In this document: positions 1 to 14,800 of the stretch, piece by piece
How positions within the stretch are numbered: position 1 is the stretch's first letter
Layout: every line of letters starts with the position of its first letter
Source: Trichoplax adhaerens
Lineage: Eukaryota; Animalia; Placozoa
Direction: 5' to 3'
DNA length: 64,000 nucleotides
Assembly: GCF_000150275.1 (NCBI RefSeq)
Contig: NW_002060948.1
Span: forward strand, 2,348,180-2,412,179
Translations under genes and position numbers: made by a program
The notes under the pieces: generated by a model
The model's input: only the letters and a program-made list of their open reading frames with translations
Databases searched by the model: none
What the model was told of the DNA's origin: nothing

Positions 1-699
1 TGTGGTTATTGAGTACAGGAGTAGCGATGGATCTCGATCGCACCCTAGATAGAATATGGATCCAATTTCAAAATTACTCTACTATTACAATAAACGACGA
101 ACATTGTGTATAGCGAGTAACTTATTTCAAAGATTTATCAAGTTGACTACGGTCAAAAGTAATTATGGAGCATGATGCAATGGCTAAGCATATTGAATTT
201 AATCGTCGACGCTACAAGGCGTAGTAGTGCTACGATGGTACCTATTATCGTTATAATTGAAGTCCTTTTTGTAAAATTTTAGTCTCTTTTACCGTCGTTA
301 AAAGTAATGTATCATTTATGAAAGATATTTTATGAAGAATTGGATCAATATCAAAACGTTCAATCAAAGTATAGTGGCATAGACTAAATTATAGAGGCAT
401 ATTCTCGATGCATGGGAAATTTGCAATGACATCATCAACAGTACAAGTATCTGGCCTATCGACTCGATATCTTATTGCATAACGCCTAACAGACATTATC
501 TTAAGATCAGTACTCTACCTGCAGGTATAGGTGCATAATCTATACATTCGATTGGATCGATGTCACCAATTGAGCAGTGAATGATCAAGTTGTAAAAGCA
601 AGAAAGAATAAGGTCAGTGCCTTCCCTGAAAGCACCAAGATGGAGGTCGTTAACCGAAAAGTCTCCAGTTTATCTAACAGTCAAGTCGAAGAGTTGTTA

Positions 700-945
700 T
701 GGTGCAGTACAGTGTACAGTACAAAGTGAACCAAAGTGTACTGTACTGTACTGTACGTACTGTACGGAATACACGGACTGCACTGTACGGACTATACGGA
801 CTGTACTGTACAGTACAAACCGCGTGGACAGTACGGACTACAGTACTGTATACTGTACAGTACTGTACCGTGCCGTACTGTACTGTACTGTACAGTACAG
901 TGCCTTCCAAAATACTGTACTGTACAGTGTACACTGTACACTGTA
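700..945. repeat. Low-complexity tract of TACAG/CTGTA pentamers in mixed orientation (rich in TGTACA/AGTACT palindromes)
   Basis: Runs such as gtactgtactgtactgtacagtacagt seen directly. The tract produces the overlapping Y/C/T/V-rich ORFs at 617-1074. Confidence 0.9.
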
Positions 946-3440
946 AATCTACAGCTGGACGGGACGGGAATTCCCTACCCATGGTACTTTACAGGTACGG
1001 TACGGCATAGTATATGGCTAATATTGGTCAGTAGACCAGCCATCGACAGGCCATGGATTTCTAGAAGTAGCTAGAAGTCCATCGCTGAGTGGAAACCTTG
1101 TCAAAATATCGTCAGGCCATCATTTAAAACTTGCGATATTAATTTGTTCATTCTGTGTTTACCTGACTTTAAAACTAGCAAATAAACGATGCTGTACGTC
1201 CTAATGTCCCTAAAATACTTTTATTGTAAAAATCGATAGTGAATGATTAACGTCAGCCCCGGAGGATTGCCAGTTGCAAATGAAACCACTGAAACCAATT
1301 TTCCTCTTCTTGTCATATTAAATGACTATACTATGATGTCATTGCCCATAAGTAGCGAAAGCCTTTACCCTACCTCTAAGCTTAAGCACTTAACCAGGCT
1401 TCAAAAGTACGAGTTGTCTATCACTTTTAAAATTGTCTTGTGTCATGCACAGGCGGGATAAGATATTTTTCTCAAGTACTACATCGATCTGATGCACTTT
1501 ACTTTAGGTACAAGATATTTTGCATAGATTAGCCTCACTGGATGGTATAAGACATTTTTTCCATCAAAATGGATGTGTGTATATTACATATTACAGCATT
1601 CTCTTTTAGCAACAAGACAAAAAAAGAAGTCAAAAGTAAAGTGTCTACTTGCTAGTAACATTCTGATGAGTGCTTTTGTAGTTTAGTTATCTCACTGTTG
1701 AGTTACTACGGTATATACGGGTGGGTTGATTATATTATACTGCACACTCTGTACTATATTAATAGTACTGTATAGTATAAAAATATCTTATAATAGATCA
1801 GTTACTGATATTCTTCAACCAATGGATAGTGTAAAAATATCAGAATCATTCATTTTAGAAATAATTAACCAATAGACCATTTATTGATTCATTAACATTT
1901 TACACAGGATTATTATGATAGGCTTATTCAATATGTAAACGTTCTAGTGGTAGGTGAGTTATGATCGCCTATGCGGTATCGTTATAGATTTGCAGTTATA
2001 AGTTATTCTTACTACGCATATATTATATTTTCATCAGTGTATCCGAATGGCATTATTAAGAGCATTTATGAGCTACCAGCCGGTCACAGATGAAAATGAA
2101 GTTTAATCATGAAAATTAAAGATCCTATCTACCAAATGGACTGCAACCTATGCATGAGTATATTCGACAATTACCTCGTATGATCATGACTTTGACTTGC
2201 ATGAATAAGCTACCGAACAGCTATGCGCAGTGAAAGCAAGCCAGTTAATTTGTTCTTAGCTTTGGAGATAGATAAAGATTTTAAGTACTTCAATCAAGAT
2301 ACTGCATATCCGTTCAACTCTGTAGTATGGTAACATGAAATCAAAGCCATTTGTTCTTTCGATTACAATTGCTCAGACTAATCAATCCATCTAAATAACA
2401 TGAAGACCGATGATAATCTAAACGTATATGGTGCTATAGATAGGTTACTAGGCACATACGCTTAATAACGATTAGCTTATTTTTCCTGCTCAATTTCAGT
2501 ATCTAGTTTACTATTTATATATAATTAGTAATGCATATATATATATGTACAAATACTAATTGGTTTAACTGCTACAAATAAGGAGACCGATAGCAAACTA
2601 AATAAACGTGTATATAGTATTGATGATTTCTTCGTTAGTACGGTGACTTATTAAATTTACTATACATTACTGCGATTTGCAAATAAAGGCAAATCTGAAA
2701 CATTATGGCAGCGTCCTTAACTTCTTTCGACTTCGTGAGAAAATAATGCTTTTTGAATATATTCTTCTGGACAATAAGGTAACGCCACAGCATTTTGTAC
2801 CTTCCGTAAAGTTGATAAATAGTTATGATATTGTAGATATTTTTGAAGAAATATGCCGTAAAATTTGAGCTCTGAAATACTTTGAATTGTACGGGTATGT
2901 GAATAGGGTAATTTTTATATATACTGTATATATATGTTGCTTTGTAAATAAAGTGTGCGGTACACAAGCGGGAACGAAAATCTATAATAATTGTATGCCG
3001 ATTCAATAACTAAAGGGATAGATATTGAAATCACTAACAGTCCACTAGCTAGCGTTTATGCATAATTCTATCAAAATATTCAACCATTTGGAATTCACTA
3101 ATTCTAGAAAGTACAGCTATTCTTTATCTGGTATCCATTATAAGTTCCCTATTGGCTGGATCGTTGTATTGATAGAGTAACTTTTATTTACGGTATTTTA
3201 CAATAATCAAGTGTTAATGTATGCTTATAAATTTGTTAACCGAATCTGTTATGAGAGATAATCATTCCCTAGATGCTTTATTGATTTAATATTGCAGAGT
3301 ATAGTACTTACCGTTATGTCAGTTGACATTGTGCTTTTTATGGCGGTAGCTGTTTAAAATGACGGGAATAAAATTATGATGCAATAAAGGTTTTAATTTG
3401 GCTATATGATGAATAGTATTTATAAGCTTCCGGTATGATA

Positions 3441-6400
3441 TTACAAATACTTCAAATTTGGTAGTGATTTAGATAATATATTGATTGAGAATGGTAAAGA
3501 AGTCTTTGCTATACCTCTAGATTGGTTGGCAATACGAATGTCATCATTATCGCTTGATTTTAGAATAGATGAAGGGTTTGTCTTTCGTTTCTGCGGCGAA
3601 AGTAAAGTTTTATTGATTGAGAAGTGATGTATGAAATATAAAAAATTAATTATGAATTAATTTATCATATGTTATTTAATTTCAACGCAACGAGCTAGGA
3701 AAAAAATTACTCCGCCGCAATTTCATTACTAATTAACAAATTGATCAACCTTTCTGCTGTTAGCTTTCCATACTGAGCTATTCAAATGACTGTTTGTTGC
3801 ATTTTTTTGCCGAAAGCTCTTCAATTTAGCTCGAACCTGATATATATGTAAACTGCAGTTAGAATATTATAGCTCAAGGTATAAATTTTATCGATAGTTA
3901 AAAAAAATTCAAATTTTTCGTTAAGCGGTTTACTTCTCCGTTAAAAACACAGTGAAAGAGGAAAATGAATAAACCCTATCATTAAAAGAGTGATAATATG
4001 AAAGGTGATTAATATACAGCTTAGCAATTGATTAAGTATTTGTAGCAATAGCACGCTAATTTAAACTTCTAGGTTGAATTTTTAGTTAAAAACGTTACAC
4101 ACCTGAAGAGAATTAAAAATTACAAAGAGATAGGAAAAAGCAATGGTATCCTCATCAAAGGACAATACTCCAAACACCCAAGTTAACCCTAGTAGTGGCA
4201 GCAGAATTACGCTAGCTTTCGTAGAAGACCTAAAAAAGTATCTATTAAAAAAATTAATCCTTTCTTAGCAGATAAATTGATACTAAGACAAGGGTACCGA
4301 CCATATGTTGGTTATTTCCAATCTACCGGCGTCTGTTGCGTTCCCAGTTACTTTAGCTGTTGCTGAATGTAAGACAATCCTGACCACCATAAGTAATATA
4401 ATGGTATTAAACTACACCAGCAGTGGATCAGATAAGATTGACGATAGATCAGTAAATTTTTTAATGCACGATAGCAACATAAATGTTAGTCTTCTTGTTT
4501 AGCAGTTTTTTATCAATTCGCTGATAACCTACCGAGATGATGAAAATTGCTGGTCCTATAAATGCCCATATAAGCCCACTAGTAATAGACAGCCAACACC
4601 TGAGAAACATTAATAACAGTAAAAGTAAGGTTAGGGGCGTTACCGCTGGATTTGATAAAATAAATATTGAACGCACTATAGAATGAAAATGAAGTAAAGA
4701 TTCGCCGTACTTTGGTATCTTACAAATAATATATCACATCATTGCCTTACGAGTTTACTCCATAGTCTTGAAATTTAACTGCTACGGAGACACCGACAAC
4801 TATTAATGGCAAGCCTATTTATAAAGAATAAGTTTAATTTGAATCTTAGAAAATATGCAGTTCAAGTCATCACCATATAATTAAAGTTGAACGGTATAAA
4901 TGACTACAAGTTCGAAGAAAATATAAAATACTTCATTGTTTGTTATGAATTACCGTACCAATGATCACTCTATGGTTCTTTATGCTAGCTACTTACCCCA
5001 ACCGATACCATAATATATCGCAGTCATACTCTTTCCAGCATTAAAAACACGAATAATCATAAAGTACAGATTGATCCCTTCTACTAACATCCAGGAAAAT
5101 GCAGCCAAATAGAGATAGTGCAAGCTGATAGCAAAGATTTTACACCTTATACTGTCCTATTAAGTGTCAATAATTAAAAGATAATTTAAATGTTAAAAGA
5201 TATATGAAATGTTTCCATGAATATGACATTAGTAGACTGCCATATCGAAGGTACAAGTACTACAAAAAAATCTGATGGAATATAGTAGGTTTAACAATAA
5301 AATCATTTTAGATGGTTACAATGTCACAAAATTAATATTTAAATAACGCTTAACATCATGCTAAGACTACTCACTGCGGCATCGTAATCGGACTGCATAC
5401 TAGCAATATGAATGATTTGAGCAAGTGCTAAAGCAGCGATTAGATTTTTATGTATTTCAAATCGTTCTGATCTTAATGCTCTGTAATAATAGTTAAAATG
5501 GAATTAGTTTTGATTGTAGAATAATGCTATACATTAATTATCAAATATTTAACGATAAAAAATTGAGATTTATAATCTATAAGGGACACATTCAATAGGA
5601 GGTAGCTCAATAGCTATAAATCTCAACTATTGACTATCGCTAAAATATTCTTACCTAAATATTGTAAACAAAGTAAATGCAATCACCATTGCTACCAATG
5701 ATATACCAAATCCAATGTAAGTTAAAATACTTAAAATTTGTTGATGCTTATCACTTATCTACACAATTCGGTGGAACAGTTATATCGTAAGACGCACAGT
5801 ATAGCTTCACAATCTTTTAAATAACTAAATGTAAATACGTTTCATGATTCACATCTAATTCTATTTATTTTATACCGTAGCATTTGTAACTCGCATCATT
5901 ATCGCGAAATGGGTCAAATGATTACATCGGCAGCTGGTATATGAGTAACGCGATCGGATTACTTGACAGCCATTGCTTAACCAGCGCCTATAAATAAACA
6001 TTTAGCATGTATTTATTTAATAAACTCAATTTCATATGTAACGGATATAATAAATAAAAAAAAATGTAGAGATGGATGTTATAGTTATTTACTGACTTAG
6101 AAGTGAAGTTCCAGTAGACACATTCTACATTAGATAGTTCTTCTTTTTGCTAGATGTTGTGATCGCAATATTGAAATATTGAATTATTACTTTAGCGCAT
6201 CGAGATTCATATTACCAGAACATTGTTTGCATATAATGGCAGTACTACGAAAATAAGGCTATCGTATATAGAATTACGCGGTGTTTTATGAAGATCTAAC
6301 TATTACGATTCTTAACACTATATCAATTGACTCTATAGTATCTGGCATGAATCAATTACAACGGTTTTAAATGAGTTGGTCAAAATAATAATCCAACCAT

Positions 6401-9400
6401 CTTATGTCCTAAGGAAAATTGATAATCAATGGATAAATTGGTTTCAGCTGTTGCAATCGCGCACGATAGAATATGCGTATTAACGGAAATATCGGCGTTA
6501 GTTTTAATATCTTCCGTTAATCTATGGCAACATTGAATATAAGAAAGAATGAATTTCGTTAGTTTATCACCGGTTAGTAAAAGTTGTATGTTAATATTTA
6601 TTCTACTATAACCGTTATAGTTTGGTGTAGTACATCAATTCTTACCCAATTTCTTTATATAAAACCTTGACAATTGGTATAAGTTGTCGCTGAAGTTGGT
6701 TAGTTGGATCGCCAACTTGCATCCAATCATAGCTGCGATATCCGAGATTTAACTTTGTATTGTAAACTACTTCTTTTTCGTTAGGGACTTTTATTTCCAA
6801 TTCTATTTCATTTAAAAAATCAGTCAGTTAGCCGTGTAACAGCTTTCTAAAGCTATATCGTTTACGCCGGATTTATATTGAATGAAGCAAGTTATTTTGA
6901 ATTTTATTACTATAAACCAAAATACGACATTTTAACAAGATCATTCTGCCTGATCTACAATGTTATATCTATATCTTGGAATAATTTGCATCTATTTATT
7001 AGATTACCGATCTAATAGGCTATATCTTATATATAGAGAAGATGATGATAATAATAACTTCGATCTCGTTAAAACTTTTCGGTAAATGAGCTAATTCAAT
7101 CAACACATATGTTACTAGAAATTTATATTGAATATAGTCATCAATTTTGATTATATATGTTTGTAAATAGCTTACCGATATTCTTTGTGACGACATTAAT
7201 GGTATGAGATAAACCTGCTTGACCAATTTTTAATGCAAAATTTTCCATCCCACCAATCATATCTACAATATGACTTGAATCCTGTGACGTATAGAAAATT
7301 AAGTTATTAATAGTCGTTAACAGCTGGTTATCTAGTAAAATTCGGTCAAATCGATGTCCGATTAAGTAACTGTTAAATGAATAAAAAGTAATTGTTTTTA
7401 AAGATAATGTCCTTTGATTTATAGTATTATTTCCCCCTGCTGGTATAGGGCTTGTTAAGCTCACTTGATAACTATCAGCTTCCCATTCTTCTGCATTTAG
7501 GGGATCCAATAGGATATTTGCTGCATTTATCATAGACTGAAAAGAAATAATTACAGTATCAGTAAAAACAGAGAAACCCATTCGCATTGATTACTTCAGT
7601 ATCGCTCTGAGAGTATCTACTGAGATTTGAAATATGTGGGCTTCGTGTTTGAAAAAAACACTGAGTAATAGCTGTGCATAATGATACATATATTCCTACT
7701 TATAAAATCATTACATCTTGCAGCATGCTATAGTCTAAGCACTTGTAAGCATTTATCTCTATCTAGGTATTCAAAGTAAATCATGATATTCCTCAGAAGG
7801 GTATGTCTAGTATTGAAGACATTTAGATGCATGACCAGAATTGAATCGCCACTACATATTGTAGTGCTTGTGTATTATGAAATTATAGCTATGGCAGAAT
7901 AAATATCAATATAACCTACGATTATATTCTTTCAATGAACTAGCTTGCTTAGTATTTTACTGTTTTGATGTTATACTATGGTTAAAGTAAGAGAAATATT
8001 ATCCATACGTTGGTTTGTAAATTAAGATATTCTTTAGAAGATAAAAAATTTTGTATAATTAATGGTCATAATCTACATCAGTAATTAATCTAGCTACAAG
8101 AGTACTGTGAGAATGAAATAGTCAAAATTATTCTTCGAAACTGGTTGGACTTTTTTTATCTAACTATATGCTTCTAGATTTGAAGGTGTTAAAATCGTAT
8201 ATTTTGCCCTAATTTTATCTTTCGACCTCTATATTGTATTACCTCTATCATGTTCTCATTTTCTAGTTCTGAGCTCAAATAAGCGTCATAATTATTTGCA
8301 ATAAAAAAGAAATTAGATGCATAGTTTTTCAATGCAGCTGAATTCAACGATATATTGCTTGTTGTATTTTTCTGAAGTAAAGTATTCAATGCATGGACTT
8401 GATTTTTTATGGTCTTCGGCGTTGGTGTTTTCGGAGTAGGTTCGTTTGTTTTCTGCTATGGATAGAACGAATAGGACACTTGATTAAATAATGTTAAATC
8501 TACGCATATCATAATCAATTTCTGATTATGTTAAGAACATCACGCGTATATCATGTTGGTAGCATATTCAGTAAAATGAGCTGAGATAACAATTCTTAAC
8601 AGTCTCCATGAACATATTCTTGTAAAATCAGCTTACGTCATAATAGGAATGATAAACCGTAGATTTTTTTACTGGAGATGCAGTAATTATATGTTCTGTT
8701 TCATTACCTGGAGGAAAAGAAGAAATAAAATTGGTAGTTTTACTTTAATCCTGATATGGAAATTGATATTACCATTCGATATTTTAATTTTATGACTATT
8801 ATTGTCATATAATTAGTTAATAAAGTAGGCCTTACGTTATGAATATTTGTGAAGTATCTAAATATCTTCTACACTAAGAGTAATCTTATATCGGAATAAT
8901 AACTGAACTGCAGACCTTAAATCTTTTGTAACTGTTAAACTACTCTATAATAGGCTGGATATAGAACTTACTTGTTGGAGATGAAGGATTATAAGTAAAT
9001 TTCCATGTATTGGACGATTTATTAGAATTCACTGTATAGTCTGTGATTGTTTCTGATAAGAAATTAAAATCATTTTAGGTGACCTGATGATATTTATTGA
9101 CGTGTTAAAAAATGCGACTCTCTAGTACAAATATTACTATATACCCTACTGAAATATCAATACACCCTTATTAAAAGATTCAAGGTGAATATAAGTTGCT
9201 TATAATTCAATTACCTTCACTGGTCACGAAATATGTGATATCAGCACTATTTGAGAAGAGATCGAAATTACTCGATGGAAATGAATCCTCTATCAAAGAA
9301 AATAAAATTTATATGTTAAAAATGCCTACTATGGTAAATGAATTCTTTAGTTATGTAGATTCGAAATTCTGCTTTCGAGCCAGCAGGTTAAAAATGTTAA

Positions 9401-11860
9401 TAGCTACATCTTACCATCACTATAAAAAAAGTCCTCCAAAATGTCATTTCCAATTGACTTTGATGATTGCATAAAATTATCAGTGAATAATGCAACGGTT
9501 TGCAATGGGAATTGCTCATTTAACATAGTCTTAGAGGAATAAATTGATAAGCTAAGAGAACTTTCTCGTGATTGGGATATAGTGTTATGTAAGTTTTCAA
9601 ACAATGATATAATTGAATGATTCAATTGCTGGATAGGCAGCGCTGTCAATAATTGAAGAGAACTATCAATAATAGATGTCATAGTAATTTCAGATATTCC
9701 TTTAGAGGCCAAATCAGCTGATAAGCTATCAGATGATGATTTCGATGAAGTATTTATTTCTGTTTAATTAGAGTAAGGATTCGTATTAAAACATTTTAAT
9801 ATCAACATTATTATTATTACACAATACAATATTAAATAGCATATATATATATAATTGATTGGGAAGAGGCTTTTATATAATAATATCGAATAGCTAAGTA
9901 TTTTGGAATATCAGAATTATGTCATTAAAATGGAACGATCGAGGGCACATTTAAAAAAGAAAGTATGACAGTTAGTTTTTAATATATTAATTGGTTAATT
10001 AATGAATATATGTATAACAAATATATGACGTGATGTCGAAGTACTGCGGTAAAGACTCAGGTAAGAAGTAATACTTCTGTAATCTTTACAAGTTACGTTT
10101 ATTAACTTCTATCCAAATAGAATTAGAATTACTCTGAGCAATGTAAGAGGTTATATACCTCTAATATTCTCCATAATAGATACCTCAAGAACTTCGCTAC
10201 TTAGAGTGTATCTCCTGACACTAGAATCTTTGAATGACTGATTGCACGATATGCACAGTTATAAGTATTTAGTCTTTCGGCTACTGGTTGGTTACACAGG
10301 ACATAACAGGACTGGACATAGTTCTCTTATGATAAAAAGTACCAATACAGTTATCCTATCTTATGTTATACGGTAGGATGATATCCGTGCGTATTCGTAA
10401 AAGTACTAATTTAGAGGATACAACATATACAGTACAGTATATAATACCAAATTACAACAATAGTACCTTTTTGGCAGAGAAATCGATGGAATAGAACGCA
10501 ATCATAGTCGTACCACAAGTAATTCAGATCAGAACGTTTTAAAGCTACGCAACGATCGTTTAAAGTGTCTGGTTGACCTGATGCCCAGTAGTTGTTATTG
10601 TACGAAATATAATGATACGGAGGTACTTTCCATCTATAATCAAGTAAATTATTAATTCCTCTAGTATCGGTCAACCCTATCCAGATTGGGACAGTATAAA
10701 ATGTTGCGGCTATGCTTAAATATTTTGTTAAATTTTGATGAAAATTCGCTGGAGAATCCATAACTAAATGCCCATTAAGCGATTGGCATTGCTGGTCAGC
10801 TGAGGCGAACTTGGCTTCAGAATTCGATAACCAAACACACCGGTCTTCTATTTGAACCCAGGGCGTATCGCAGGTTGAAGAAATATCTTTAATGTATACC
10901 ATAAGATATTGAATCAGATATGAGAGAGAAAGACTTTGATAGCAAGAACTAAGTGTCATAATCAAGGATTAATAAAGAGATGGCTGCACGAAATAACATG
11001 TAAAGACTATTAATAATCGTACGTATTAGTTATATGTACAGTATATGAAAATGTTGTCATAGATAAGTACAATATATATTCCCGGATATTTTGCTATTAG
11101 TAATTAGTTCCATCGCATTTAGTAATCGCATACGAAGTCCACTGAATAGTATGTCGTATATTTGAAACTGATGGGCCTGAAGAGGACGGAATTATGTGCT
11201 TTATTAATTAACCCTATTATATTTATGAGTTCAGTTGCATTTAGAAATAGTACATGAAGTCCATGAAATAGTATATCGTATATTTGAAATTGGTAGGCCT
11301 TCAGAATACGGAACTGTATGTATTCTAATTCTAGCATTGTATGCTAGTAATAGTAAGTTCCAAGCGTATTAAAACTATCAGACTACATAGGATATTTACA
11401 AATATACTCATAGAACTTCAAGTACATAGAACTAGTAAACTATATTTTATATTAGTATTGATAAACTCTATTACATTTATGAAAAGAAAATGAATATATA
11501 GGATCTTAGACTGCATATGAAATTGACATTCTAGAAAGTTCAGTGCGTTTACTCATACAACTTTCTATTTACGCGCTCGTGCGATTGATATATTATCAAA
11601 AAATTGACGTATTTCTCCGATATAATTAATTGATTAATTAATTAATATATATAAATTTTCAATTTCAATTACTGTTCTATTGCTAAATTTATTACAATTA
11701 CGATTAATTAGACGTTTAATAAATTCCTTTAATCAGTGCTTATAACTTGGCCTCCACTGAATTTTCAAATACCTCGGGCTCCACTTTCAGAGCTTGCACC
11801 AGCTTCGTTCTCAGAGCCCCCTATAGATACGCTTCCAGACATTGCCATTCCAAAGTAGAT
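3441..11860 (-). CDS. Adhesion GPCR (class B2) with C-type lectin domain, Ser/Thr-rich stalk, GAIN/GPS and 7TM; multi-exon, 5' end unresolved
   Basis: Phase-compatible GT-AG exons: CTLD 10467-10886; stalk 9415-9759, 9215-9289, ~8972-9052, ~8636-8707, ~8243-8455; GAIN exons ~7464-7537 down to ~6097; GPS exon 5876-5987 (CRCNHLTHFAIMM). 7TM motifs: IHKNL, HYLYLAAFSWMLVEG, CWLS..GLIWAFIGP, LLPLLGLTWVFG, NSLQGLFIFLFHC. The stop at 3441 assumes read-through of the last clear exon; further 3' exons are possible. The 5' exon 11773-11860 is tentative. Confidence 0.9.
10467..10886 (-). other. C-type lectin domain exon of adhesion GPCR 1 (QPD motif)
   Basis: CDTPW..CVW..A..QCQ..GHLV..WIGL..WASGQPD..CVAL..WYDYDC..FLCQ; phase 1/1 exon. 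Confidence 0.92.
11134..11320 (-). repeat. Tandem duplicated small exon-like unit (two ~65-bp copies, ~122-bp period)
   Basis: gaagtccactgaatagtatgtcgtatatttgaaactgatgggcctgaagaggacggaa at 11134 versus gaagtccatgaaatagtatatcgtatatttgaaattggtaggccttcagaatacggaa at 11256. Confidence 0.8.
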
Positions 11861-14800
11861 CTACAGAAGAATTAACAAATTTTACATAAACTGGAATTTC
11901 ATAAGGAATAAAGTCTGTTAAATTCATACCAAATGCCTATATTTTCGAAAATTGTATTGATATCCTTAATAATATGTTTCAAATGATGATTGCAATCAGA
12001 AATATGTAAGCTGTTTCAATCGTAAGATACGGTAACTAATATGACAGCTGAGACATTTTATGATAAGAAACAGATAGATTTGCTTAAGCAGTGAAAAACT
12101 ATATCAGTAACCCTTCTCTTATGAATATCATTGTATATATAACTATAGATGATAAAAAGTTAAGATTGCGATCGTTGAAATACTGAACGATATAGCATGC
12201 ACCATCAGTGTCAGTAAATTAATATTAATATTGTAGTTAAAAATTTTATAATGGAAGACTTATATGCATACTGCATCTTATCCGAGACCCAAAATATTAC
12301 TAACGGTAAAATTATGAAGCCTAATTGTTAATATCTTTAAATAAATTTTGATAAACTAAGTCTAAACGGTAAGAAGCTATCTCAAATTAAATTATAGGAT
12401 ACTTGCTCATAGTACATAGCGTAATGTACGATTACAAAACAAATTTGAGAAACCATAGTAGAATACAATGCTAGGAAACATTATAGAATAGTAAATTAAC
12501 TATGAAATTCAAGTAGATGGCTTATTCTTATTTCCAGTTTAGTAAGAGATAGTACTTATGAATTAAAAATTCGAATTTTAAGAATTGATTACTTGTAGTA
12601 CTTGGTTCAGGTATCAGTTTTGTCATATTCTATGAGAGTTCACTGCATTAAATACTGTGCTAGACTGCAGGATACCATATCGCTTAACTAGCTACTATTT
12701 ACTGCTTTATCAATCAGACAAGTATTATTGACTACTTTTAAATTCATTCAGCGTCTTTGGAAGAAGAAGTATGTTTTTCACGTATTGAAGTAATATAAGA
12801 GTTAGCATTTTAGTATTGAGAATGCCAGAAAATAATTTTTTTATGATGATATCATATTGATTAGATTTTATACTGCAGCTACACATCTCATAAATACTGG
12901 TAGCATAAAATGAAAAATAGGCAGTTCATCAATGAATTTAATGAAACTGCTTGATATGTGAGTTAATTAAGTTGAGTTAGATTGATCTATAAAATTATAT
13001 CTTAGGGCGTGAGGCACAAACTACCATTATTGAGGTTAATTAGCTCATCATTTAACTTAATTTGAGCAGTAATCACGTTTAGATTATGTTAGATGGTATT
13101 TTATTGCATTAAGGAAGAATTAGATGATAGCTTCTGATCTTACGAATTGACTTGTAAACAACATGATTCGGATACAAGCCATAAAATATTCTGTAATGGT
13201 ATCACAGTTTTGAGCGATATATCTGTATCTTATACTGCTTCTTTAATTTGTGATAAAGAAAAAAACTGATTAATTTGCTATCTAGTCGCAACGGCTATAT
13301 TGGCTTTATACATAATCTCAACGATCGATGTTAAATAAGAGATGAGGGAATAAATACTAGTTATCTTTGATTTAGGGTATGAATTTAAATCCTGTAGATA
13401 GATTTATCTACCATCTGTCAATTTGATAACATATTTTGATAAAAAGTGCTATTAATAAATAATATTGCTAATAATGATGATTATCAGAAACTCGAAATTT
13501 CAGTGCTAATCATAACTAATTTGTACTTCCCATGACGAAATTGAAACTTCACTTTATGTTGCTTTCTAATCGATTCTAATATTTGATTGCCTTTACTATA
13601 TACACATCTGCTTTAAAATTTCACTAACTTATTTAGATCTTGATAAATACAGGAATCGATAGTTAGTGTAAGATAATAATACGTGAAACTAGTAGATAGG
13701 GAAGGTAATACGTTACCAGATTGACTCAGAAAGAGAAATTAGCGGATAGAGCGATCTGATTTATAAATACCGAAAAAGTCTGAACCAAATCAGGATCATT
13801 GCATATTGCTTAGAAAAATTTTTAGTAACAGTTTAGGTTTTCAGATAGCTAATAAGATTGGACTGAAGTATAATTGGTAACGATAAAGATGCCTTGATTT
13901 ACAAGAAAATATGCTACTACGAGTACAATCTAAAGTCTGTTTACCTTAATAAGAAATATTTTGAACTTACCGTTGTCATAAATATAAGCCCAATCGTGTG
14001 TAAATACTTGTACTCTCTAGTCAAATAGTACATTGTTCTGATGGTTAGTTAATTTTCAAGTTTATTATATGTTCGACTGGATATTATAAGATATCGGTGG
14101 CGCTTGCAGTTATTATGAAACAGATATCCAGATAAGAAATACCTAGATCATTATTTATTACCCTCTTGTAACTTGAATAAACAGAATACTATTTAATAAA
14201 TTAGCAATGAATATTCAATCTCAAATTGGACTATATAAAACCAGAAAAAGGGTTGATGATATCTTTTTGTCAAAGAGACTGATTTTTTCCCCTACTTGCT
14301 ATACATTTATATTATTGTATTAGAAAATCTAACAATACGTAGATTTAGGAGTATTAATCAAGTTTTTATGGTAATCAATTCTGTGATATAAAAGTAATAG
14401 TAGAATCATAATTTTAATTTTATTTTATTTTCACGACTTTCATTACGATATAGTAATTGTATAAAAAGGAGAAAAGTTACTTCAGCGTAGTATCCAATTT
14501 ATTAAATTCTATTACAATTTAACAGCGCCCTTGAGAACAACAAAGATCGCAATAGCAGCTGGCCTGTTTAATGTTATTGACATAAAATAAATTATAAAAG
14601 TGGATAATTACATACAATTAAGAATGTTTTTTTAGAGCAAAATACATAAGTATCTATTCGATAATTTAATTTATGATTGTATCAATAAACCAATTGTAAA
14701 AGGATGATATTGTAGACTTGCCACGATATCAACAGAATGTTGATTTAACTCTGGTGATAACGCTTGAAAGATGACTTAATGGTAATAGTTTCTATTGTTA

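Noticed and set aside
617-1074. Four overlapping 100+ aa ORFs
   Set aside because: Artefacts of the stop-poor TACAG/CTGTA repeat; all frames give the same Y/C/T/V/Q/S composition.
1-2870. Coding-like fragments at ~320-525, ~2120-2420 and 2677-2868
   Set aside because: Two are interrupted by stops and none has a recognisable motif; no family can be supported.
7915-7980. Possible extra aGPCR1 exon
   Set aside because: It has a stop in the required frame, and the flanking exons already join in phase.
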